A stretch of 64,000 nucleotides of DNA from an uncultured Gemmatimonadaceae bacterium (GCA_963716745.1 OY970320.1:192001-256000), one strand, 5' to 3'. Positions 22,990 through 32,516 are shown, numbered from the stretch's first letter. Program-made: numbers and translations. The notes: generated by a model from the letters alone, not told the origin.

Positions 22990-23376
22990 GTGAAGCCGAT
23001 CAGCACCGACAAGGCGCCCGCCGCGATCGGGCCGTATTCGCAGGCGATCCATGTGCATGGATTCCTCTTCACCGCTGGACAGATCGCACTCGATCCGGCC
23101 AGCGGCAAGATCGTCGACGGCGGCATCGAAGAGCAGACCAAGCGCGTGCTCGCGAATCTGTCGGCGGTGCTCACCGCCGGCGGCGCGACGTGGGCGGACG
23201 TCGTGAAGACCACGGTGTACCTCGCCGACCTCGCCGATTTCCCGGTGGTGAACGATCTGTACGGGAAGCACCTCGGCGCCGCGCGGCCCGCGCGCTCCAC
23301 CGTGCAGGTCGCGGCGCTCCCGCGGAATGCGCTCGTCGAGATCGACGCGATCGCGTACGTGAAAACGAAGGATTGA
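22990..23376 (+). CDS. ridA: RidA family enamine deaminase
   Basis: APAAIGPYSQA, PARSTVQV, LVEID. Confidence 0.92.
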   Translation: MKPISTDKAPAAIGPYSQAIHVHGFLFTAGQIALDPASGKIVDGGIEEQTKRVLANLSAVLTAGGATWADVVKTTVYLADLADFPVVNDLYGKHLGAARPARSTVQVAALPRNALVEIDAIAYVKTKD

Positions 23377-23393
23377 GCGCTGCGACCGCGAGC

Positions 23394-24443
23394 ATGACCA
23401 CCGCCGGCGTCGTCGAGACGAAGGACACGTTCCGCCTTACCGCGTTCGCGAATTGCGCGGGCTGCGCGGCGAAGATGGGGCCGGGCGATCTGTCGCGCGC
23501 GCTCGCGCCGCTTCCTGCCGATCTCGATCCTCGATTGATCGTCGGGCGCGGCTCGTTCGACGACGCGGGTGTCTTTCTGCTGAGCGACGACGTCGCCCTC
23601 GTGCAGACGGTGGATTTCTTCGCGCCGATCGTCGACGATCCGTACACCTTCGGCCGCATCGCGGCCACGAACGCGCTGAGCGATGTCTTCGCGATGGGCG
23701 GCGAGCCGCTCACCGCGCTCAACATCGTCGGTTTCCCCGCGGGGAAGCTGCCGCTCGAGATCCTCACCGAGATCCTGCGCGGCGGGCAGGACATGGTGCG
23801 CGCGGCCGGCGCGGTGATCGCCGGCGGCCACACGATCATCGATGAGGAGATCAAGTACGGCCTCTCGGTGACCGGCCGCGCGAATCCCAAGCATCTCCTC
23901 ACCAACGCCGCCGCGAAGCCCGGCGACGTGCTCGTGCTCACGAAGGCGATCGGCACCGGGCTCCTCGCCACCGCCGGGAAGCTCGGCGAACTCGGCGCCG
24001 CCGACCACGACGCGATGATCCGCTCGATGACCACGCTGAACGCCGAGGCGAGCCGCGCCGCGCTCGCGGTCGGCGTGCGCTGCGCGACCGACGTCACGGG
24101 CTTCGGCCTCCTCGGCCACGCGACGCACATCGCGCGCGCGAGCGGCGTCACGCTGCGCATTGACGTGCACGCGGTGCCGCTCTTGCCCGGCGCGCGCGCG
24201 GCGTGGAAGCGCGGCGCGCGCACCGGCGGCGGATCGCGCAACTACGACTGGCTCGAGGCCTCCGTGGACTGGGGTACCGTGGCCGACGCCGAGCGCGCGC
24301 TGCTGCTCGACCCGCAGACTTCGGGTGGACTGCTGCTCGCGATGGCGCCGGCGGTCGTTCCGGAGTATCTGGCGCGCGTGGACGGCGCTGCCGTGATCGG
24401 CGCGGTGCAGCCGCGCGGGACGGTCGACATCGCGCTCGCGTGA
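23394..24443 (+). CDS. selD: Selenide, water dikinase (Cys form)
   Basis: CAGCAAK, DDAGV, QTVDFF, NALSDVFAMGG, GGHTI, DVTGFGLLGH, DPQTSGGLL. Confidence 0.96.
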   Translation: MTTAGVVETKDTFRLTAFANCAGCAAKMGPGDLSRALAPLPADLDPRLIVGRGSFDDAGVFLLSDDVALVQTVDFFAPIVDDPYTFGRIAATNALSDVFAMGGEPLTALNIVGFPAGKLPLEILTEILRGGQDMVRAAGAVIAGGHTIIDEEIKYGLSVTGRANPKHLLTNAAAKPGDVLVLTKAIGTGLLATAGKLGELGAADHDAMIRSMTTLNAEASRAALAVGVRCATDVTGFGLLGHATHIARASGVTLRIDVHAVPLLPGARAAWKRGARTGGGSRNYDWLEASVDWGTVADAERALLLDPQTSGGLLLAMAPAVVPEYLARVDGAAVIGAVQPRGTVDIALA

Positions 24444-24448
24444 ACCGT

Positions 24449-24545
24449 GGGGACGGATGGGGCCTGGTGGCTTTCCCAGTCTTCAAAACTGGTGCGACCT
24501 GACTTCGTCGGGTTGGGTGGGTTCGATTCCCACACGTTCCCGCCA
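24449..24545 (+). tRNA. selC: tRNA-Sec (UCA)
   Basis: 97 nt; CCAGT-CT-TCA-AA-ACTGG anticodon arm, 6-bp D stem with 4-nt loop, long variable arm, GTGGG-TTCGATT-CCCAC T arm, G discriminator and encoded CCA; adjacent to selD. Confidence 0.93.
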
Positions 24546-24560
24546 CGCGGGCGCGGCGCG

Positions 24561-25118
24561 ATGACCGCGGTCTGCGCGGCTGGCGTGCTCAGCGTCATGC
24601 TCGGTGCGTTCGGCGCCTCGCTCGACGCGCAGATCGCGGACAGCTCGCGCGTCGGCCCCACCGCCGCGCCGCCGGCGTCCGCGGATACGTTCCCGACCGC
24701 GCTCACGCAGCCGTCGCCCAAGCCGCCGGTCTCACCCAAGCGAGCGCTCTTCCAGTCGCTGCTCATTCCCGGTTGGGGGCAGGCGTCGCTGCATCGCAGC
24801 ACCGCCGGCGTGATCTTCGTCAGCGTCGAGGCGATCTCGCTCGGCATGCTCGCGCAGTCGAAGTCGGAACTCCGGGCCGCGCAGCGGTTCGCCGGCGACA
24901 GCGTGTTCAACGGTTCGGGCTTCATCCCCAATCCGCTGCAGGAAGTGCTGGGCAAGCGTGAGCTCGCCGTGCAGGACTGGACCGTGCTGCTGATCTTCAA
25001 TCACTTGATCTCGGCGGCGGACGCGTTCGTCGCGGCGCAATTGTGGAACGTGCCGATCGAGCTCGGGGCATCGCCCACCCAGAAGTCGGCATCCATCGGG
25101 ACGCACATCGCATGGTGA
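24561..25118 (+). CDS. DUF5683-like membrane/exported protein
   Basis: SPKRALFQSLLIPGWGQ and SAADAFVAAQL motifs. Confidence 0.6.
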   Translation: MTAVCAAGVLSVMLGAFGASLDAQIADSSRVGPTAAPPASADTFPTALTQPSPKPPVSPKRALFQSLLIPGWGQASLHRSTAGVIFVSVEAISLGMLAQSKSELRAAQRFAGDSVFNGSGFIPNPLQEVLGKRELAVQDWTVLLIFNHLISAADAFVAAQLWNVPIELGASPTQKSASIGTHIAW

Positions 25119-25927
25119 ACGCACCCGGCGCGCGGTCGCCGATCGGCGTCTTCGATTCGGGGATCGGCGGCCTCACCGTGGTCCACGAGCTGCGCCGCCA
25201 GTTGCCCGAGGAGCGCCTCATCTACTTCGGCGACACCGCGCGCGTGCCATACGGCCCGAAGAGTCCGGATACGGTTCGGCGGTACGCGGCGGAGATCACC
25301 GAGTGGCTCGTGTCGCAAGGAGTGAAGGCGGTGGTGGTCGCGTGCAACACGGCCACGGCGCACGCGCTGCCATCGCTGCGCGAGCGCTTCGACATTCCCA
25401 TCATCGGCGTGATCGAACCCGGCGCCGCCGGGGCCGCGCGCGCCTCACGCAGTGGGCGCATTGGCGTCATCGGCACGAGTGGCACCGTGGCCTCGGGCGC
25501 GTACGAACGTGCCGTGCGCGCGCTGCGATCCGATACGCACGTGGTGTCACGCGCGTGCCCGCTCTTCGTTCCGCTGGTGGAGGAGGGCTGGCTCGACGCG
25601 CCGGCCACGCGCCTCATTGCACATGAATATCTCGACGCGTTCGCGCCGGACGAGATCGACACGCTCGTGCTCGGTTGCACGCATTATCCGCTGCTCAAGC
25701 CGTTGCTCGCCAATGTCGTCGGCGGTGGCGTGCGGCTCATCGACAGCGCGGAAGAGACGGCGGCGGCCACGCGCGACGCGCTCGACAAGGCGCAACTCCG
25801 AGCGCCCGTTGGCGGCAAGGGAGAATGCCGCTTCGTCGCGTCCGATGCTCCCGACCAGTTCCTACGGGTGGGGCAGCGCTTCCTCGGCGACGCGGTCGGC
25901 CGCGTCGAGAAGGTCACTCTCGGTTGA
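25112..25927 (+). CDS. murI: Glutamate racemase
   Basis: FDSGIGGLTV, PYGPK, ACNTA, LGCTHYP. Confidence 0.96.
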   Translation: MVNAPGARSPIGVFDSGIGGLTVVHELRRQLPEERLIYFGDTARVPYGPKSPDTVRRYAAEITEWLVSQGVKAVVVACNTATAHALPSLRERFDIPIIGVIEPGAAGAARASRSGRIGVIGTSGTVASGAYERAVRALRSDTHVVSRACPLFVPLVEEGWLDAPATRLIAHEYLDAFAPDEIDTLVLGCTHYPLLKPLLANVVGGGVRLIDSAEETAAATRDALDKAQLRAPVGGKGECRFVASDAPDQFLRVGQRFLGDAVGRVEKVTLG

Positions 25928-26650
25928 TCCGGGGCGCCAGCGCCGCAGTTCGACGCGCTCGGGCGTGATGCACAGATAGGTCGGTCCGTCCATCCACGCG
26001 CCGGGATTCGCGTACACGCTGCCGGCGGGCGACCGTTCGAGCGCCGGCACGTGCGAATGCCCGTAGATCAGAAGTTGCGTGCGCGGATGGTGCGCGAGAT
26101 GCGCCATCGCCACCGCCTGCAATCCGGCGCCGCCATCGCGCGCGCGGTGGTCGCGGCTCGCGCCCGACGATCCGTGTGCGAGCTTGCTCCCCCAGTCGGG
26201 GTGGATCCACCGGAACGCGCGGATCGCCCACGGATGACGCAGCACGCGGCGCAGCCGGCGGTACGGGCGGTCCTCCACGTCGCGCAAGCCATCGCCGTGC
26301 TCGATCGTGGTCTGCCACCCGGCGATCTCTCCACTCCAGCCGCTCACGCGATAGTCGATGCCCACCTCGCCGGTGAGCACGTCGCCGCCCCAGCAGTCGT
26401 GGTTCCCGGCGAGCATCGTCACGGGCACGCCCGCATCCACGAGATCCGCGAGTGCGGCGAGCGCGCGGAAATGCCCGCGCGGGATCACCGTTTTCCATTC
26501 GAACCAGAAATCGAAGAGGTCGCCGTTGATGAGCAACGAGCCGGCGCGCCCGGGCAGCTGGCGCAGGAACCCTACGAGCCGCCGCTCCAATTCCACATCG
26601 CCGGCGCCGAGGTGGGCGTCGGAGATCACGTAACAGGGCGAGGGCAGCAT
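25862..26650 (-). CDS. lpxH: UDP-2,3-diacylglucosamine hydrolase, LpxH-like
   Basis: Calcineurin-like motifs SDAHLG, GDLFDFWFE, GNHD, HGD, GHSH. Confidence 0.8.
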   Translation of the reverse strand: MLPSPCYVISDAHLGAGDVELERRLVGFLRQLPGRAGSLLINGDLFDFWFEWKTVIPRGHFRALAALADLVDAGVPVTMLAGNHDCWGGDVLTGEVGIDYRVSGWSGEIAGWQTTIEHGDGLRDVEDRPYRRLRRVLRHPWAIRAFRWIHPDWGSKLAHGSSGASRDHRARDGGAGLQAVAMAHLAHHPRTQLLIYGHSHVPALERSPAGSVYANPGAWMDGPTYLCITPERVELRRWRPGSTESDLLDAADRVAEEALPHP

Positions 26651-26656
26651 GGCCAC

Positions 26657-26685
26657 ATTCTAGCCTTCGCGCGCGCTCTTTACAA
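26657..26685 (-). promoter_or_regulatory. Putative leaderless promoter of lpxH
   Basis: Minus strand TTGTAA-17nt-TAGAAT-6nt-ATG(26650), no SD. Confidence 0.6.
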
Positions 26686-26690
26686 ACTCC

Positions 26691-26718
26691 TCGTGCATCG
26701 TGCATCGTGCCTCGTGCA
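26691..26718 (+). repeat. Period-7 tandem repeat (TCGTGCA x4)
   Basis: tcgtgca tcgtgca tcgtgcc tcgtgca in the divergent lpxH/thioesterase gap. Confidence 0.85.
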
Positions 26719-27145
26719 TCCAGCCCCCCGCATCTCGTCCGTCGAATTCCGCGTGCGCTACGCGGAGACCGATCAGATGGGCGTCGTCTATCACGCGAAC
26801 TATCTCATCTGGTGCGAGATCGGGCGCACCGATCACATCCGGCAAGTGATGGGCACGTCGTACCGCGAGATGGAGGAGCAGGGGATCACGCTCGCTGTCT
26901 CCGAGGCCTCGCTCCGCTACCTCGCGGGCGCGAAATACAATGACATGATCCGCGTGGACACTGTCCTCGCGCGCGTCACCTCCCGCACGCTCACGTTCGA
27001 TTACACGGTGTTCAATGCCGCGACCGGCGCTAAGCTGGCGACCGCCAGCACGACGCTCATCTCGCTCGATCCCGCGGGACGTGTCGCCGCGCTCCCGCCG
27101 GATATGCGCGCCAGGCTCGCCGGCGCGGCCGCCAATGCGCCGTAA
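26714..27145 (+). CDS. YbgC/FadM family acyl-CoA thioesterase
   Basis: VRYAETDQMGVVYHANYL; start uncertain. Confidence 0.88.
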   Translation: MHPAPRISSVEFRVRYAETDQMGVVYHANYLIWCEIGRTDHIRQVMGTSYREMEEQGITLAVSEASLRYLAGAKYNDMIRVDTVLARVTSRTLTFDYTVFNAATGAKLATASTTLISLDPAGRVAALPPDMRARLAGAAANAP

Positions 27146-29138
27146 CGCGCTCGCGGTCGCGGCGCTCGCCCTCGCCGCAGCGTGCGCCGCGCAGACGCCC
27201 GCGGTGGATGCCGTTCGCTACGCCCGGCTCCTGCAGATGGCCGACCAGCGACAGCTCGACACCGCACTCGTGCTCGGCATTCTGCGCTCTGGCTCGCCGC
27301 CCGAGCGCGCAGCGGCCGCGCGCGCCGTTGGCCAGGTGCATGGCGTCTCGCTGGCGCCGCGATTGCGGTCGTTGCTTGGCGATCGCGATACCGCCGTGGC
27401 CGCCAACGCCGCGTTCGCGCTCGGCTTGATGAAGGATTCGCTGAGCGTGGCCGCGCTCTCGCACGCGCTTGGCAGTGCGCCCACGGTCGCGGCGCAGGCA
27501 GCATGGTCGCTCGGCGCGATCGGCGCACCCGCCGCGGCGTCGATCGATACCGCCCTCGCCGCGCACGCGCCGCGCCCCGTCGCGGTGAGCGCCGCGCTCC
27601 TCATCGCGGCATCGCGGCTCAAGCCGGTGCCGGTCGCTCGCGTGACGTCATGGCTCGCGAACGCCAATGCGTCGGTGCGTTGGGCCGCGGTGTATGCGAT
27701 CGCGCGTCCGTACGCCGCCGCCGGAGTGCGCGCGGTGCTCCCGCTCGCCCATGATCCCGACGATGCGGTGCGCGCCATCGTCGCGCGTGCGCTCTCCCAT
27801 CAGGCGGCGGGCGATTCGCTCGCCGCGCTCGCGCTTTCGGCGCTCGACTCGCTCGCGCGCGATGCAACGCCCCAGGTGCGGGTGAACGCCGTGCGCGCGC
27901 TCGGCACATACGGCGGCGCATCGCGCGCCGCCGTGTTACGCGCGCTGCACGACCCCGATGCGAACGTCCGACTCACCGCCGCGCAGGCGCTGGACGTCGT
28001 GCTCGCCGGCGCGCCGCGATCGCTCTGGATGGACGCCTGGAACGCCGACACCACGTTCGTGTACAGGCGCGAAGTGCTGGGCCGAGCGCTTCGCGATGAC
28101 GTGGTGCTTCCCGCCGCCGATCCGGACAACGCCGACGGTTGGCGGCATCTCCCCGATTGGCATCATCGCGCCGCCGTGGCCGATGCGGGCGCCGCCTCCA
28201 AGAACATCCAGCGCATGCGCGACATCTCGCTGCCGCTCGCCCGCGATCCGGATGCCCGCGTGCGGAGCGCCGCGTACTCGGCCATCGCCCCGTGGATCGA
28301 CTCGGCCGCCGGCCACCCGTGGAGGCGCGAGTTCATGTACCACGCGCTCGATGATCCCGACAACGTCGTACGATCCGTCGCCATCCGTTCGCTCGAGGAT
28401 CACGGCACCGTGGAGGAGGCCGTGCTCGTCGTTCGGAGTTATCCGCGCGCGTTGACGGACTCCTCGAACGATGCGCGCGCCGCCACCGTGAGTTTCCTCG
28501 TGGCCGTGTGGGCGCGTGACAGCATGCATTTCTCCGACTCGCTCCGCACTGCGATCCGCGCCATGCCGGTGCCTGCCGACCAGGCCTCGCGCGATGCGGC
28601 GGCCGGGTTCACGCTGCTCGCCGCCTGGGCCTCCGCGCCGCCTCCGCTCTTGCCGCCGCTCGCGTGGTACGAGGGGATCGTGCGCTCGCTCGTGATCCCG
28701 GCGCTCGGCGGTCATACGCCGCGCGCGCGCATCACCACGGCGCGCGGAGTGATCACGCTCGAATTGGCGCCGGTCGACGCACCGCTCACCGTGAACAATT
28801 TCCTCACGCTCGCGCGGGCCAAATATTTCGACAACACCGATTGGCATCGCGTCGTGCCGAACTTCGTCGCGCAGGACGGTGACCGGCGCGGCGACGGCAG
28901 CGGGGGTCCCGGCTACGCCATTCGCGATGAGCTCGACCGTCTCAGCTATGTGCGCGGGGAGCTGGGCATGGCGCTGTCGGGCCCCGACACCGGCGGCAGC
29001 CAGTATTTCATCACGCTGAGTTTCCAGCCGCATCTCGACGCCGGCTACACCGCGTTCGGCCGAGTGGTGGACGGGTTCGCCCCGCTCGACGCGACCGTGC
29101 AGGGCGACGCGATCACGTCGATCCGCGTGCAAGAGTGA
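27135..29138 (+). CDS. Lipoprotein with HEAT repeats and C-terminal cyclophilin-type PPIase
   Basis: Lipobox LAAAC; repeated D-x-x-x-x-VR-x-x-A HEAT units; APLTVNNF, HRVVPNFVAQ, DTGGSQYFIT, YTAFGRV. Confidence 0.88.
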   Translation: MRRNALAVAALALAAACAAQTPAVDAVRYARLLQMADQRQLDTALVLGILRSGSPPERAAAARAVGQVHGVSLAPRLRSLLGDRDTAVAANAAFALGLMKDSLSVAALSHALGSAPTVAAQAAWSLGAIGAPAAASIDTALAAHAPRPVAVSAALLIAASRLKPVPVARVTSWLANANASVRWAAVYAIARPYAAAGVRAVLPLAHDPDDAVRAIVARALSHQAAGDSLAALALSALDSLARDATPQVRVNAVRALGTYGGASRAAVLRALHDPDANVRLTAAQALDVVLAGAPRSLWMDAWNADTTFVYRREVLGRALRDDVVLPAADPDNADGWRHLPDWHHRAAVADAGAASKNIQRMRDISLPLARDPDARVRSAAYSAIAPWIDSAAGHPWRREFMYHALDDPDNVVRSVAIRSLEDHGTVEEAVLVVRSYPRALTDSSNDARAATVSFLVAVWARDSMHFSDSLRTAIRAMPVPADQASRDAAAGFTLLAAWASAPPPLLPPLAWYEGIVRSLVIPALGGHTPRARITTARGVITLELAPVDAPLTVNNFLTLARAKYFDNTDWHRVVPNFVAQDGDRRGDGSGGPGYAIRDELDRLSYVRGELGMALSGPDTGGSQYFITLSFQPHLDAGYTAFGRVVDGFAPLDATVQGDAITSIRVQE

Positions 29139-29749
29139 GGAGCGCCGCGCTCGCGCTGCTGATCCTCGCCGCCTGCAGCCCGCGCGCGCCGCTCTTCAGC
29201 GGTCAACCGGTGCCGGTCAGCGCCCCGGCCACGGCGATGAGCGGCCCACACCTCAAGATCGTGTACGGATTCGCCTATGAGGACGGCAACGTCACCCTGA
29301 ACGGCGAAGCCGTCGCTCGCACCGCGCCGCCCGACTCCGTGCGCCTGGATTTCTTCGTCAACAATGAGACCGTGGGCGATGCCGTCGTGATCGGCGATTC
29401 CCTGGTCGCGGCGCGCCCGAAGGTCACTCGCCGCATCGTGCCGGCCATGCCGTTCGTCTGGGCAGCGCTGGGCGTCCTTCGGGTCCCACCGGGCCGCGAC
29501 ACCGCCGCCCGCGTTGACGCGGACACGCTCCGCATTGAGATTGCAGGGTATGATACTTGGCGGGCGGCGTTCCTCGGCCCGGAGCTCGTCCGGCTGGACC
29601 AGATCGATGGCGGACGGATCCCGCAGTCGGCGACGCGTGTGCCAGGCAGCATCGTACGGTACCGCTCCTCTCACCCTCAGCGTACGCTCGAGCTCACCGT
29701 GAAACAGGTGGATACTCTTCCGCCCTTCAATGCTTCGATCTGGCGTTAG
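29135..29749 (+). CDS. Uncharacterised lipoprotein
   Basis: Lipobox LAAC; overlaps both neighbours; beta-strand-like composition. Confidence 0.65.
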   Translation: MRSAALALLILAACSPRAPLFSGQPVPVSAPATAMSGPHLKIVYGFAYEDGNVTLNGEAVARTAPPDSVRLDFFVNNETVGDAVVIGDSLVAARPKVTRRIVPAMPFVWAALGVLRVPPGRDTAARVDADTLRIEIAGYDTWRAAFLGPELVRLDQIDGGRIPQSATRVPGSIVRYRSSHPQRTLELTVKQVDTLPPFNASIWR

Positions 29750-30224
29750 CGCGCTCCTGATCGCCGCTCTGGCGCTCAGCAGCTGCAACTACGGCTTCGC
29801 CGGCGGTGGATTGCCTCCGAAGATCAAGACCGTCGCCGTCATCCCCTTCGACAACGACACGCCGTCGCCGACGCTGCAGAGCGAGCTCAACACTTTGCTC
29901 TCCACGCAGTTCGTATCACGCCTGGGGCTGCATCCCGCATCGGAGAATCGCGCCGACGCCATCGTGCGCGGCCGGATCACGCGCTTCGACACCGGCATCC
30001 CCGTCGCGTATTCCGCGTCGCCGAATTCGACGTCGGCGCAACGCGAGCTGCGCATCACCGTGGACGTCGAGATCGTGGACCAGACCAACGGCCGCGTGAT
30101 CTGGTCCCGCAAGGGACTCGTGGGTGTCGCCGATTATTCGGAACGCGATGAGGCCGGCGGGCGCAAGGACGCCGTGACCAAGATCGTGAGCGACATCATT
30201 GCCGGAGCGCAGTCGCAATGGTGA
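29730..30224 (+). CDS. lptE: LPS assembly lipoprotein LptE family
   Basis: Lipobox LSSC-NYGF, KTVAVIPFDN, ITVDVEIVD, C-terminal helix ending in W. Confidence 0.7.
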   Translation: MLRSGVSALLIAALALSSCNYGFAGGGLPPKIKTVAVIPFDNDTPSPTLQSELNTLLSTQFVSRLGLHPASENRADAIVRGRITRFDTGIPVAYSASPNSTSAQRELRITVDVEIVDQTNGRVIWSRKGLVGVADYSERDEAGGRKDAVTKIVSDIIAGAQSQW

Positions 30225-30580
30225 TCCGACTCAGGCCGCGCGCGGGAAAAGTCCGACTGGGTTGTCTCGTCTCCGTGCTCATCGTCGCGGCGCTGTGCTA
30301 TTTCGCCTGGAACATCGGCACCGTCGCGCTGCGCTTCTACGAGTACCAGGATGCGATGGCGCAGGAGGCGCGATTCGCCGCGCATACGCCGAACGACCAG
30401 ATCCTCTTGCACCTCCGGGCGAAGGCCGATTCGCTCGACATGCCCGAGGGCGCGAAGAAGATCCAGATCCGGCGGAAGGGGAATCAGATCTGGATCTGGG
30501 TGGACTACATCGAAGCGATCGAACTCCCGGGATTCGTGAAGGAGGTCGAGCTGACCCCGCACGTGGAGCGGGTGTTCTGA
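30218..30580 (+). CDS. Small single-TM protein, DUF4845-like
   Basis: Basic N-terminus, GKVRLGCLV then TM; translationally coupled. Confidence 0.55.
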   Translation: MVIRLRPRAGKVRLGCLVSVLIVAALCYFAWNIGTVALRFYEYQDAMAQEARFAAHTPNDQILLHLRAKADSLDMPEGAKKIQIRRKGNQIWIWVDYIEAIELPGFVKEVELTPHVERVF

Positions 30581-30615
30581 CGCCCGTCGCGCCTCGCGCG
30601 CCCGCGAGCAAGGTG

Positions 30616-31068
30616 ATGTCGTGGGCCGAAGCCCGGCGCTGGCGCGACGCCGTGAAGGGGCGCGTGGTGTTCACGAACGGCGTGTTCGATCTCCTGCATC
30701 CCGGTCACATCGACGTGCTCGCGGCGGCGCGCGCCGCCGGCGACGCCCTCGTCGTCGGCGTGAATAGCGATGACTCGGTGCGCCGGCTCAAGGGCCCCAC
30801 GCGGCCGGTGCGCAACGCGGTGGAGCGCGCGCTCGTGCTCGGCGCGCTCGAGTCGGTGGACGCCGTCGCCGTGTTCGAGCAGGACACGCCGCTCGAACTC
30901 ATCGTCGCACTGCGCCCCGATATCATCGTGAAGGGCGGCGACTACTCGCCTGCCACCGTCGTGGGGCGCCGCGAAGTCGAATCGTGGGGCGGATCCGTGA
31001 AGATCGTTCCGCTTACGCCTGGACAGTCCACCACTTCAATCATCGAGAAGCTCCGTGACGCCAAGTAG
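30616..31068 (+). CDS. rfaE2: ADP-heptose synthase adenylyltransferase (RfaE domain II/HldC)
   Basis: [36 protein letters not shown]. Confidence 0.93.
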   Translation: MSWAEARRWRDAVKGRVVFTNGVFDLLHPGHIDVLAAARAAGDALVVGVNSDDSVRRLKGPTRPVRNAVERALVLGALESVDAVAVFEQDTPLELIVALRPDIIVKGGDYSPATVVGRREVESWGGSVKIVPLTPGQSTTSIIEKLRDAK

Positions 31069-31783
31069 CGACGCTCCGCGCGCCGGCCGCGCCAACGATG
31101 CTCTGCGACCGGTAGCGCTCGAGCGCGGCGCCGCGCCGAATGCCGAAGGCTCGTGCCTCATCGCGTTCGGCTCCACGCGCGTGCTCTGCACGGCGTCGGT
31201 CGAGGACGGTGTGCCCGGCTGGAAGCGCGGCAAAGGCGAAGGCTGGCTTACCGCCGAGTACGCGATGCTTCCGCGTGCGACGCACACGCGTACCGCGCGC
31301 GAGCGCGCCCAGCTCGGCGGCCGCACGCAGGAGATCCAGCGCCTCATCGGCCGCAGCCTGCGCGCGATGCTCGACGATTTCAAGTTCGGCGAGTTCACGA
31401 TCAAGGTGGACTGCGACGTGTTGCAGGCCGATGGCGGCACGCGCACCGCGTCGATCACCGGCGCCTGCGTCGCGGTGGTCGATGCCTTCGACTGGCTCGT
31501 GAAGCGCGGCTCGATCGCGAAGACTCCCGTACGCCGCCGCGTCGCGGCGGTGAGCGTCGGGATGATCGGCGCGGAGACACGGCTCGATCTCGAGTACACC
31601 GAGGACGTGCGCGCCGACGTAGACATGAACGTCGTGATGACGAGCGAGCATCGCTTCGTGGAAGTGCAGGGCACCGGCGAGCACGGCACGTTCGATCGCG
31701 CCGCGATGGACGGGCTCACCGTGCTCGCGGAGCGCGGGATAAGGCAACTCCTCGACGCGCAGGCCGCGGCGCTCGGGCGGTGA
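31055..31783 (+). CDS. rph: Ribonuclease PH
   Basis: [42 protein letters not shown]. Confidence 0.97.
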   Translation: MTPSSDAPRAGRANDALRPVALERGAAPNAEGSCLIAFGSTRVLCTASVEDGVPGWKRGKGEGWLTAEYAMLPRATHTRTARERAQLGGRTQEIQRLIGRSLRAMLDDFKFGEFTIKVDCDVLQADGGTRTASITGACVAVVDAFDWLVKRGSIAKTPVRRRVAAVSVGMIGAETRLDLEYTEDVRADVDMNVVMTSEHRFVEVQGTGEHGTFDRAAMDGLTVLAERGIRQLLDAQAAALGR

Positions 31784-32406
31784 CGCAGCGCCTCGTGCTC
31801 GCGACGCGCAGCCGCGGCAAGTTGCGCGAGCTCACGCCGCTGCTCGAGGACGCGGGCTTCGAGGCCGTCACGCTCGACGAACTCGGGCTCGCCGAAGCGC
31901 CCGAGGAGGAGGCGATCGAGAAGTTCGACACCTTCGAGGCGAACGCGCTCGCGAAGGCGCGCTATTTCCTGAAACGCGCCAACGGACTCCCCGTGATCGC
32001 GGACGATTCGGGGCTCGAGATCACCGCGCTCAAGGGTGCGCCCGGCGTGCGCAGCAAGCGCTGGAGCGGCCGCGCCGATCTCACGGGGCAGGAGCTCGAC
32101 GACAGCAACAACGAGAAATTGTTGCGCGAACTGGCGGACAAGGCCGATTGGAGCGCGCGCTACGTGTGCGCGGCCGCCTTCGCACACGGCAAGCGCGAGC
32201 TCGTGTGCCGTGGCGAGACGTTGGGCGTCATCGTCGAGACGCCGTCGGGCATTGGCGGCTTCGGGTACGATCCGTATTTCCTGTCCGACGATCTCGGCAT
32301 GACCTTCGGCGAGGCGGATCGCGTGTCGAAGGAGCGTGTGAGTCATCGCGGGCGTGCGTTCGCGGCGTTGCTGCGCGCGATGCAGAGCGAGGTGCGCGCC
32401 GGTTGA
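31780..32406 (+). CDS. rdgB: Non-canonical purine NTP pyrophosphatase
   Basis: [26 protein letters not shown]. Confidence 0.95.
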   Translation: MTQRLVLATRSRGKLRELTPLLEDAGFEAVTLDELGLAEAPEEEAIEKFDTFEANALAKARYFLKRANGLPVIADDSGLEITALKGAPGVRSKRWSGRADLTGQELDDSNNEKLLRELADKADWSARYVCAAAFAHGKRELVCRGETLGVIVETPSGIGGFGYDPYFLSDDLGMTFGEADRVSKERVSHRGRAFAALLRAMQSEVRAG

Positions 32407-32431
32407 CCGAGCGTCGCGTACCCGATAGCTT
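32403..32431 (+). promoter_or_regulatory. Sigma70 promoter of tRNA cluster
   Basis: TTGACC-17nt-TAGCTT just upstream of tRNA-Pro. Confidence 0.7.
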
Positions 32432-32442
32432 GTTGCGACTCG

Positions 32443-32516
32443 CGGGGCGTAGCGTAGCCTGGTAGCGCGCCTGCTTTGGGAGCAGGAGGTCGCCGGTTCG
32501 AATCCGGCCGCCCCGA
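32443..32516 (+). tRNA. tRNA-Pro (UGG)
   Basis: Cloverleaf; CCTGC-TT-TGG-GA-GCAGG; GTTCGAATC; CCA not encoded. Confidence 0.96.

Noticed and set aside
23373..23470. Selenoprotein or UGA read-through near selD
   Set aside because: The SelD active-site codon is TGC; ridA ends at a normal length; no UGA-interrupted homolog was recognised in the window.
21978..24443. 821-aa Fhs-SelD fusion ORF
   Set aside because: Artefact of an fhs frameshift; the true fhs C-terminus and ridA lie in another frame.
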